From: Mustelus asterias
Lineage: Eukaryota
DNA: 64,000 nt
Reading direction: 5' to 3'
NCBI RefSeq assembly: GCF_964213995.1
Contig: NW_027590159.1
Span: 1 to 64,000, forward strand
The translations under genes and the position numbers were made by a program. Under the pieces are notes generated by a model that worked only from the letters and a program-made list of their open reading frames with translations, was not told the DNA's origin and did not search any database. Shown piece by piece: positions 25,801 through 36,600 of this stretch (position 1 is its first letter; the number at the start of each line of letters is the position of its first letter).

Positions 25801-26739
25801 CTCCAACTCCTCGAGCCTGGATTTCCGCCTCTTTGTCGACCCCCTCGCGTACCCCTGACAGAAGGTACGGACGTGAGTCTTGCCCACATCCCACCAGAGC
25901 CTCAAGGAGGGGAAGCCTCCCCGCTTCCTTCTCCAGCCGGCCCAGAATCGACGGAACGAGTCCAGGAAGCGCTCGTCCTCCAGCAGCGTGTTGTTAAAGT
26001 GCCAGTACGCGGACCCCCGCCGGATGCGAGACGGCGCAAAGTCCGCCCACACCAGGCTGTGGTCCGTGCTCGACACCGGCCGCATGGAGACCGAGGACAC
26101 GCCGGACACGTGCGCCTTCGAAATGTAAAGGCGGTCGAGCCTGGACGCTCCGACTCCAGGCCTCACGAAAGTGAAGGCGCTGGAGCCAGGATGGAGATGT
26201 CTCCAGACGTCCACCAAGTCGTGGGACCCGATCAGGTCCCGCAACTTCACCACCGCCGGAGTGCGCAGCCAGGGGCCGGTGCGGTCCCGTGCCTCGAGGA
26301 TGCAGTTGAAATCTCCCCCGAGGATAATGCATTCGCCCCCCGCGATGGTGTCGATGTGAGCGGACACTTTCTCGTAGAAAGTCGTTTGCTGCGGTCCAGC
26401 GGTCGGGGCGTAGACATTCAGCAAGTGAATGACCACGCCCCCCTCACGGACCGTCAAGTGCAGCAACCGGCCTGGCACCGGCTCCTTGACCCCCAAGATC
26501 TCCGGCTTATAATGCGGGGCCAACAAGATAGCCACCCCGCAAGAAGCGAGCGTGAGGTGGCTCATGTAGACCCCCCCTCGCCACTCCAGGAGCCATTGGG
26601 CTTCGTCTCCCGGAACGGTGTGGGTTTCCTGCAGGAAACACACCGCATACTTCCCGTCACGGAGGACCGAGAAGTTCTGGAACCTGCGGTGTGGCCCACT
26701 GCTGCCGTTGATGTTGAGGCTGGCTATGGTCACCTTCAT
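22846..26739 (-). pseudogene. Tx1 ORF2 (APE endonuclease, reverse transcriptase, C-terminal CCHC) with one in-frame TGA at 24868-24870
   Basis: SLNING, FLQETH, GGDFN, SRLDRLY, TDH (APE); KNWRPVSLLSTDYK, IDQEKAFD, SAYADDV (RT); CPFC...H...C. ORFs 26739-24868 and 24777-22846 are in the same frame. Confidence 0.95.
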
Positions 26740-26767
26740 GTCAGCAGCTTTGTGCCACCGTCACCAC

Positions 26768-28863
26768 TTAACTAGGTGTGTGGGGGGGCGCTGGCGCAAT
26801 TCTCACCAGTCCACCCCCCACCTTTTCGAGCCTGTGGAGGAACCGCAGTACCCAGCGCCGCTCTATTTTCTCCAGGCCCGCGGAGGCATGCGAGCATGCC
26901 TTCACGGACCGGACGAGCTGCGCCAGGTCCGGCCAGCGGCCGAGGGCTAGCCGGATTATGTCGGAGCGACCGGAATGGCTACGGATAAAGACCCCGAGGT
27001 CCTTGGAGGGGATGAGGGCCGACTCGGTGGGGGGCACGAGGGAGTCCCCCGCCTCGCTCTGGGCAGACTCTGAAAGTGTCCCCGTGCCCTCCACCGAGCC
27101 GCTGACCTCCTCAGGGCGGTCGCCCCTCGACTCCGAGTCCCCCGCCGCAGGACGTACGGCGGGCGGCACGGAGCCACCAACTAGCCCTAGCCCCTCCCCG
27201 ATCCCACCCCCAGGATCGGTGGAGGAGGGGTTCCCCCCGGGCTCACCTTTCCTGGATTGCGGGCCCCCGTGCGACGGCGGCCCAGCCCCCCCCCCCGCCC
27301 CAGACGCTTGGACACCCCCCAGGTCCGGTGTATCCTTCGGACTGAGGTTGGGGATGTCCAGCGTCCAAGGTCGGGACGGAGAGGACGAGTGGATCGTCTC
27401 TTCGCCGCCGCCGCACGAGGACATGAACATTGGAGTGTCGCCCCAGTCCCCCGACAGACTGAAGAAGAACTCCGGGTTGTAACCGGCCGGGTGGAACGGA
27501 ACCGTGGGGGCCCCGCTGCCACCCGGCCCCGGAGACTCCTCGCCGGGGGACTGAGGCAACACATGCTTCGATTTGCAGGGTGCCTTGCCCCCTTTTTTCA
27601 GGGGACAAGGCACAAGGACAGGTGGGGGCACGGCAGGAGATGACTCACAAGGGGGGAGGGGCACGCAGACCTCGAACTCTACGGTGCCCGAGGGGCCCCG
27701 CCTCTTTTTGTTAACCTGCCCTCGGGCAGGCGAGGCCCCTCGCCCTCCGCCCCTCTTCGCCTTGCCGCGCCCCCCCTGCTCTCCCGTCACTTCCCCCCGA
27801 GGTGGCGGCGTCGCCAGTTTTGCCGGCTCGGGGTCGCTTACCCCCCCCATGCTCGGGCCCATGATCCCGGGCGCCGGACCCAGCACTAGGCCCCGGAGAG
27901 CCCACGGGCCCGGCAGATGGTGGTGGTGGGGGGGGGGCGCAGGTGGAGACTGAGGCGGTCCCCGAGCCGGCTGCCGGGGTGGTTGGGGTGTCTTTACTGC
28001 GGGCCGGGGTTCCGGTACCCCCCTTCTTTTTCGTGGGTCCCTTCTGGGCCCTTTGGTCGCGCGGGGGCTCCGCTCCCCCCCCCGCCGGCAGCTGAGGTGG
28101 CAGCTGCTGCCGGCGTGGCCTCCCCTCGCGGGGGGGCAGATGGTACTCGCTTGGGGGGAGAGGGGGCTGCGGTGCCAGCTGCGGCCGCCTTGGGTTGGTG
28201 GTCGGCGGCCTTGGAGACGGGGCAGTTTTTCCTCACGTGCCCCGCCTCCTTACAGGCATGGCACCGCACACCGTCCGCGGACCAAAAGACCCGGTACGTG
28301 GTCCCCTCGTGGGGGACATTGAAACCTCCCTCCAGTTCCTCCTCCCGGGCCAGGCGGACAAAAACCTGGCGCCGGAAGGAGTATATGTGGCGGAGGGAGG
28401 GGTCCCGAAGGCCGAGCGGGATCGGCTGCACCCCGGACCTGACCTCCCCCAGTAGATGGAGGTGGGGGAGGAGGAGCTCACTCGGTAGGAAGGGCGGGAC
28501 GTTCGATATTACTATCTTGTGGGCGGTGGCCTCCAATGGGTCCACCGCCAGGAACGTCCCGCCCACCGTGAGCCCCTTTTCCAGGGCGAGGCGAACCGCC
28601 CGCTCGGCCTTCAGGAAGAATACGGCCCGGCCGTACATCTTTGAGGCCGCGACAATGGCTGAGGGGCCGACAACCCCAGCCATTGCCTTAACGCAGGCCT
28701 CGATAGACATGTCGGGGTGGGCGTAGCACTTCACCCCGAGCTGCCGTGTGATTAAAGAGAATGGTGGCAGGGCCTTGGGAGCGGCGGGGGCTCTGGCAGC
28801 CGCCACGCCCGCATAGGTGGGCCGAGAAGGCCCTGCCACCGGCGACGCTGGTGATGTCGCCAT
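26768..28863 (-). pseudogene. Tx1 ORF1 (RNA-binding, CCHC zinc knuckle), interrupted near 27994
   Basis: MATSPASP...IVAASKMYGRAVFFL...ISNVPPFLPSELL...SFRRQVF...CHACKEAGHVRKNC; continues as a Pro/Gly-rich ORF at 27886-26768. Confidence 0.85.
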
Positions 28864-29264
28864 GGTATCAGGGGAAGTGCTACACCCACCCCGAGACTGC
28901 CCAGATGCACGGCAGGGCGTATGTGGGATGGGGAAGATAAGGCAGGGTGGGGTAGGCGGGGAAGGGTGTAGGTGCTCTCTCCCCGGAGCGAGAGAGGGAG
29001 AGAGGAGGTTGGAGGCGCAGGAGGGAGATGAGGCACAAGGCCGGTGCCCCAGTCAGGAGGGAAAAGGGGAGGGGGTGCCGGTCCCGGGGGCAGCAGTAGT
29101 GGGTAGGGGAAATAGGAAAGGTCTTCACCCCCCCCCACTGCAGATGGAAAAGAGACAGTCCAAACGCCTTCGCCCCCCCCCCTCTCCTCCAGTCACTCCC
29201 TGTCCTCTCTTCCTCCCCCCCCCCCCCCCGGGGAGAGCGCACCCTCCAGAGGCCGGATGGCAGG

Positions 29265-29870
29265 GAAGCAGGCAGTCAGGCAGTCCAGACGGCAGGCAGG
29301 CTAGACGGCAAGCAGGCAGGCAGGCAGTCCAGACGGCAGGCAGGCAGGTAGGTAAGCAGGCCAGACGGCAGGCAGGCAGGTAAGCAGGCCAGACGGCAGG
29401 CAGGCAGGTAAGCAGGCCAGACGGCAGGCAGGCAGGTAAGCAGGCCAGACGGCAGGCAGGCAGGTAAGCAGGCCAGACGGCAGGCAGGCAGGTAAGCAGG
29501 CCAGACGGCAGGCAGGCAGGTAAGCAGGCCAGACGGCAGGCAGGCAGGTAAGCAGGCCAGACGGCAGGCAGGCAGGTAAGCAGGCCAGACGGCAGGCAGG
29601 CAGGTAAGCAGGCCAGACGGCAGGCAGGCAGGTAAGCAGGCCAGACGGCAGGCAGGCAGGTAAGCAGGCCAGACGGCAGGCAGGCAGGTAAGCAGGCCAG
29701 ACGGCAGGCAGGCAGGTAAGCAGGCCAGACGGCAGGCAGGCAGGTAAGCAGGCCAGACGGCAGGCAGGCAGGTAAGCAGGCCAGACGGCAGGTAAGCAGG
29801 CCAGACGGCAGGCAGGCAGGTAAGCAGGCCAGACGGCAGGCAGGCAACAGGCAGGCCGGGCAAGGCAGGC
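29265..29870. repeat. 28-bp minisatellite in Tx1 5' UTR (TAAGCAGGCCAGACGGCAGGCAGGCAGG)n; shorter copy at 22135-22530
   Basis: Direct inspection of near-perfect tandem units. Confidence 0.95.
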
Positions 29871-30149
29871 AGCAGCTCACCTCTCTCCTTCCTCCCCGCA
29901 GGGAGCGAAAAACAAACAAACCCAACAAAACAAAAACAAAAACCGGGCGTCTCCGTGAGCAAAAACGAAAAAAAATAAAGGTACTCACAAAAAGAAAAGA
30001 AAACAAACCCAAAATTTCCGCCCGGCTCCGACCCGGGGCCCCCCGCTACTCGGGCGAACGTGAACTCACCCCACCCCCGAAACAAAGTGCAGGCGCTGCC
30101 TCGGAGGAGGCACGTTTCAGGCCGTCTGAAGCTCAATTTTCATTCAGAG

Positions 30150-30640
30150 AGAGAGCAGCAGCAGCTTCGCTGGGCAGGAATGAGCAGCTGAACAAGCTCA
30201 TTGTGCAACTTCCGCATTCAGACAATGTGGGAGCTCTGATTGGCTGGAGGATTAAAGAACTTCCGGTCCTCCAGAGTTTCCATTGGTCAAACCCCGCTGA
30301 CAGACAATGAGGGGCGGAGCCCCACGTGGGGGTGGGCGGGACTTTGTCCTCCAGCCGCGCTGAGCTGTTGTCCAATGGGAAAGGCAGGAAGAGCCGGACA
30401 GACAATGGTCAGTGCGCCGGCTTTGTCCCGGCCCCGCCCCACAATGGCACATGCGCATTCCCCCCAAAATCTGCACATGCGCACCTTTGATTCACGGCCC
30501 CTTACTAGCTCTGGCCAACAGGAAGAGTTGGAGGACCGGAAGGATTCTGGTCCCCAGCCATTGAAAGCGCGGGCCTTGTGTGAGTGAAGATGGAGTTTCA
30601 GAGAGAGTCAAACTTCTTCCTGTCGGCCACATCTGTGAGT
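30150..30640. promoter_or_regulatory. Bidirectional (head-to-head) ZNF-type CpG promoter with two divergent non-coding exon-1 arms
   Basis: Several CCAAT/ATTGG boxes, GC boxes, GCACATGCGCA (NRF1-like) twice, and inverted CTTCCGGTCCTCCA / TGGAGGACCGGAAG ETS-like modules. The right arm 30565-30640 matches the minus-strand ZNF exon 1 at 55448-55530. Confidence 0.8.
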
Positions 30641-33600
30641 GGGAAAGATTGGATTGTCCAGCCAGTCCACCATATTGGCCGTTCGCTTTGCGTGTTGGCC
30701 AGTATAGTGTGCTCCAGGCAGGGGGCGGGCAGAGGATAAGGAGTTCAAGGCGGGCTTAATGCGCGCCTTGCGGTGAGCTTTTGGAAATGTGGCCGCTGGG
30801 AGGAACGCCTTGGTCGGCGTGAAGTTTCTGTTTCAAGTGCTTGGGTTCGTGACTTGTGCAAGAACTTTTTGTTTCGGCTGGGGCTTGTTGAATGCTGCTC
30901 TCGCTGGGATTCCTGTGCCTTGAAAGGCGTGGCCCAGGTAGATGCAATCTCGGAAGACCCAAGCCAGGGAGGAGCCATTTGGGAACTATGGTTTCGGAAG
31001 GTTCAGCCGCGGAAGGTGTGACCGCAGACGGTGCAGCCCCAGTGGGTGTGATTTTGGAAGTTCTGGCCCGGAGTGGTGGACTTTGGAGGACTGTAGTTGA
31101 GCGTTGTCGACTTCGGACGGTGGAATGTTGATGGGCGAAGCTCTGGAAGGCGATGCCTCCGAAATGTTTCACAATTGTATGGTTGTTCATGGATTGTTTG
31201 TTATTGTAATATGTGGTTTTCCTGTTATGGTAGTTGGTGGTTTGTTCCGGCCCCCGTCTATTTTCTTGCGTTATTTGTGGCCTGGGGGGCATCCCCCCCT
31301 GGATGGAGTCACCCCCGGGGGGTGTGACATCCACTTGGGGAAAGTTCTGGGTGGTGAAGCCCCGGACATAGTAACACCAGAGGGATTTTTATTCTCCGGG
31401 AGAAAAATTGGGAAGGCAGGCCCGAACTGAGTACCCTGGAGAGACTCTCCCACCGCCCCGGCTGAAATTCCGGAAGGCAGTCCGGATTGAGTAGGCGGGG
31501 TGGTTTCCCCATTTCCCCCCTCCGGCTGAACATCCGTAAGGTGTAACCCCCCGGATATGAGTACCACTGGAGGGTTGCATCCCCCGGCAGGTGGACAAAC
31601 CCAGGGGACGGTGCCCTTATGCTTCAGTGTTTATTTTTTTGTTGTGTACAGTTGTAGTGTTGTGTTAATGTTTGTAGATTTGTAGATTATGATTTGTAAA
31701 TGGAGGTGTATTTTGAGGGCAATGCCCTGGAAAACTGTAATTGACGATGAACTCTTCCGAAATGGAAGGTAGTAATTGATAAATGGATGGTGTTAGCCAT
31801 CGGTAATGTATTTTTCATGAATTGTTTGTTATTGTAATATGTGGTTTTCCTGTTATGGTAGTTGGTGGTTTGTTCCGGCCCCCGTCTATTTTCTTGCATT
31901 ATTTGTGGCCTGGGGGGCATCCCCCCCTGGATAAAGTCACCCCCGGGGGGTGTGACATCCACTTGGGGAAAGTTCTGGGTGGTGAAGCCCCGGACATAGT
32001 AACACCAGAGGGATTTTTATTCTCCGGGAGAAAAATTGGGAAGGCAGGCCCGAACTGAGTACCCTGGAGAGACTCTCCCACCGCCCCGGCTGAAATTCCG
32101 GAAGGAATTCCGGATTGAGTAGGCGGGGTGGTTTCCCCCATTTCCCCCCTCTGGCTGAACATCCGTAAGGTGTAACCCCCGGATATGAGTACCACTGGAG
32201 GGTTGCATCCCCCGGCAGGTGGACAAACCCAGGGGACGGTGCCCTTATGCTTCAGTGTTTATTTTTTGTTGTGTACAGTTGTAGTGTTGTGTTAATGTTT
32301 GTAGATTTGTAGATTATGATTTGTAAATGGAGGTGTATTTTGAGGGCAATGCCCTGGAAAACTGTAATTGACGATGAACCCTTCCGAAATGGAAGGTAGT
32401 AACTGATAAATGGATGGCATTAGCCATTGGTAATGTATTTTTTTTACATTTGTTCTTTGTGTATTTGTAATTGTTTTGTATTAACGTATTTGTAATAAAC
32501 AAAAAGAAATCCACATCTGTGAGTGGGAAAGATTGGATTGTCCAGCCAGTCCACCATATTGGCCGTTCGCTTTGCGTGTTGGCCAGTATGGTGTGCTCCA
32601 GGCAGGGGGCGGGCAGAGGATAAGGAGTTCAAGGCGGGCTTAATGCGCGCCTTGCGGTGAGCTTTTGGAAATGTGGCCGCTGGGAGGAACGCCTTGGTCG
32701 GCGTGAAGTTTCTGTTTCAAGTGCTTGGGTTCGTGACTTGTGCAAGAACTTTTTGTTTCGGCTGGGGCTTGTTGAATGCTGCTCTCGCTGGGATTCCTGT
32801 GCCTTGAAAGGCGTGGCCCGGGTGGATGCAGTCTCGGAGGGCCCAAGCCAGGGAGGAGCCATTTGGGAACTATGGTTTCGGAAGGTTCAGCCGCGGAAGG
32901 TGTGACCCCAGACGGTGCAGCCCCAGTGGGTGTGATTTTGGAAGTTCTGGCCCGGAGTGGTGGACTTTGGAGGACTGTAGTTGAGCGTTGTCGACTTCGG
33001 ACGGTGGAATGTTGATGGGCGAAGCTCTGGAAGGCGATGCCTCCGAAATGTTTCACAATTGTATGGTTGTTCATGGATTGTTTGTTATTGTAATATGTGG
33101 TTTTCCTGTTATGATAGTTGGTGGTTTGTTCCGGCCCCCGTCTATTTTCTTGCGTTATTTGTGGCCTGGGGGGCATCCCCCCCTGGATAAAGTCACCCTC
33201 GGGGGGTGTGACATCCACTTGGGGAAAGTTCTGGGTGGTGAAGCCCCGGACATAGTAACACCAGAGGGATTTTTATTCTCCGGGAGAAAAATTGGGAAGG
33301 CAGGCCCGAACTGAGTACCCTGGAGAGACTCTCCCACCGCCCCGGCTGAAATTCCGGAAGGGATTCCGGATTGAGTAGGTTCGGGGTGGTTTCCCCATTT
33401 CCCCCCTCCGACTGAACATCCGTAAGGTGTAACCCCCGGATATGAGTACCACTGGAGGGTTGCATCCCCCGGCAGGTGGACAAACCCAGGGGACGGTGCC
33501 CTTATGCTTCAGTGTTTATTTTTTGTTGTGTATAGTTGTAGTGTTGTGTTAATGTTTGTAGATTTGTAGATGATGATTTGTAAATGGAGGTGTATTTTGA

Positions 33601-36600
33601 GGGCAATGCCCTGGAAAACTGTAATTGATGATGAACCCTTCCGAAATGGAAGGTAGTAATTGATAAATGGATGGTGTTAGCCATCGGTAATGTATTTTTC
33701 AGATTTGTTCTTTGTTCATTTGTAATTGTTTTGTAATATCGTGTTTGTACTAACCAACGGAAAATCTTTGCATTGTTTGTGGCCTGGGGGGTATCCCCCC
33801 CCCCCCCCCCTTGGATAGAGTGACCCCCGGGGGGTGTGACATCCAGTTGGGGAAAGTGTCCGGGGCACCCAGAGGGGTAACACCGGGGGGGTTTTGTTCT
33901 CCGGGAGAAAAATTGGGAAGGCAGGCCGAATTGAGTATCCCGGAGAGCTTTTCTCACCGCCCCAGCCGAAAATCCGGAAGGCAGTCCGGATTGAGTAGGT
34001 TCGGGGTGGTTTTCCTGTCCCCCCGCCTCCAGTCGAACATCCGTCAGGTGGAACCCCCGGACCTGAGTACCTCTGGAGGGTTGCATCCCCCGGCAGGGGA
34101 AAAACCCAGGGGACGGTGCCCTTATGCTTCAGTGTTTATTTTTTGTTGTGTACAGTTGTAGTGTTGTGTTCATGTTTGTAGATTTGTAGATTATGATTTG
34201 TAAATGGAGGTGTATTTTGAGGGCAATGCCCTGGAAAATTGTAATTGACGATGAACCCTTCCGAAATGGAAGGTAGTAACTGATAAATGGATGGCGTTAG
34301 CCATTGGTAATGTATTTTTTTCACATTTGTTCTTTGTGTATTTGTAACTGTTTTGTATTAACGTATTTGTAATAAACAAAAAGAAACCAACATCTGTGAG
34401 TGGGAAAGATTGGATTGTCCAGCCAGTCCACCATATTGGCCGTTCGCTTTGCGTGTTGACCAGTATGGTGTGCTCCAGGCAGGGGGCGGGCAGAGGATAA
34501 GGAGTTCAAGGCGGGCTTAATGCGCGCCTTGCGGTGAGCTTTTGGAAATGTGGCCGCTGGGAGGAACGCCTTGGTCGGCGTGAAGTTTTTGTTTCAAGTG
34601 CTTGGGTTCGTGACTTGTGCAAGAACTTTTTGTTTCGGCTGGGGCTTGTTGAATGCTGCTCTCGCTGGGATTCCTGTGCCTTGAAAGGCGTGGCCCAGGT
34701 AGATGCAATCTCGGAAGACCCAAGCCAGGGAGGAGCCATTTGGGAACTATGGTTTCGGAAGGTTCAGCCGCGGAAGGTGTGACCCCAGACGGTGCAGCCC
34801 CAGTGGGTGTGATTTTGGAAGATCTGGCCCGGAGTGGTGGACTTTGGAGGACTGTAGTTGAGCGTTGTCGACTTCGGACGGTGGAATGTTGATGGGCGAA
34901 GCTCTGGAAGGCGGTGCCTCCGAAATGTTTCACAATTGTATGGTTGTTCATGGATTGTTTGTTATTGTAATATGTGGTTTTCCTGTTATGATAGTTGGTG
35001 GTTTGTTCCGGCCCCCGTCTATTTTCTTGCGTTATTTGTGGCCTGGGGGGCATCCCCCCCTGGATAAAGTCACCCCCGGGGGGTGTGACATCCACTTGGG
35101 GAAAGTTCTGGGTGGTGAAGCCCCGGACATAGTAACACCAGAGGGATTTTTATTCTCCGGGAGAAAAATTGGGAAGGCAGGCCCGAACTGAGTACCCTGG
35201 AGAGACTCTCCCACCGCCCCGGCTGAAATTCCGGAAGGGATTCCGGATTGAGTAGGTTCGGGGTGGTTTCCCCCATTTCCCCCCTCCGGCTGAACATCCG
35301 TAAGGTGTAACCCCCGGATATGAGTACCACTGGAGGGTTGCATCCCCCGGCAGGTGGACAAACCCAGGGGACGGTGCCCTTATGCTTCAGTGTTTATTTT
35401 TTGTTGTGTACAGTTGTAGTGTTGTGTTAATGTTTGTAGATTTGTAGATTATGATTTGTAAATGGAGGTGTATTTTGAGGGCAATGCCCTGGAAAACTGT
35501 AATTGATGATGAACCCTTCCGAAATGGAAGGTAGTAATTGATAAATGGATGGTGTTAGCCATTGGTAATGTATTTTTCAGATTTGTTCTTTGTTCATTTG
35601 TAATTGTTTTGTAATATCGTGTTTGTACTAACCAACGGAAAATCTTTGCATTGTTTGTGGCCTGGGGGGTATCCCCCTCCCCCCCCCCCTGGATAGAGTG
35701 ACCCCCGGGGGGTGTGACATCCAGTTGGGGAAAGTGTCCGGGGCACCCAGAGGGGTAACACCGGGGGGGTTTTGTTCTCCGGGAGAAAAATTGGGAAGGC
35801 AGGCCGAATTGAGTATCCCGGAGAGCTTTTCCCACCGCCCCAGCCGAAAATCCGGAAGGCAGTCCGGATTGAGTAGGTTCGGGGTGGTTTTCCTGTCCCC
35901 CCGCCTCCAGTCGAACATCCGTCAGGTGGAACCCCCGGACCTGAGTACCTCTGGAGGGTTGCATCCCCCGGCAGGGGAAAAACCCAGGGGACGGTGCCCT
36001 TATGCTTCAGTGTTTATTTTTTGTTGTGTACAGTTGTAGTGTTGTGTTAATGTTTGTAGATTTGTAGATTATGATTTGTAAATGGAGGTGTATTTTGAGG
36101 GCAATGCCCTGGAAAACTGTAATTGATGATGAACCCTTCCGAAATGGAAGGTAGTAACTGATAAATGGATGGCGTTAGCCACTGGTAATGTATTTTTTTC
36201 ACATTTGTTCTTTGTGTATTTGTAATTGTTTTGTATTAACGTATTTGTAATAAACAAAAAGAAACCAACATCTGTGAGTGGGAAAGATTGGATTGTCCAG
36301 CCAGTCCACCATATTGGCCGTTCGCTTTGCGTGTTGGCCAGTATAGTGTGCTCCAGGCAGGGGGCGGGCAGAGGATAAGGAGTTCAAGGCGGGCTTAATG
36401 CGCGCCTTGCGGTGAGCTTTTGGAAATGTGGCCGCTGGGAGGAACGCCTTGGTCGGCGTGAAGTTTCTGTTTCAAGTGCTTGGGTTCGTGACTTGTGCAA
36501 GAACTTTTTGTTTCGGCTGGGGCTTGTTGAATGCTGCTCTCGCTGGGATTCCTGTGCCTCGAAAGGCGTGGCCCAGGTAGATGCAATCTCGGAAGACCCA

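Larger units (their letters stand above)
22719..30123 (-). mobile_element. Full-length Tx1-clade (L1 superfamily) non-LTR retrotransposon copy B, ~7.4 kb
   Basis: 5' UTR with minisatellite, CCHC gag-like ORF1, APE-RT ORF2, and a short T-rich 3' UTR ending ...CCTAAAAAGAGG. Confidence 0.95.

Noticed and set aside
22858-28726. Many plus-strand ORFs antisense to Tx1
   Set aside because: Expected from high GC content opposite long ORFs; no motifs.
31276-31616. Hammerhead or HDV ribozyme (retrozyme) in the array units
   Set aside because: No CTGANGA...GAAA core or HDV nested pseudoknot could be identified by eye. It is kept only as an unclassified structured RNA.
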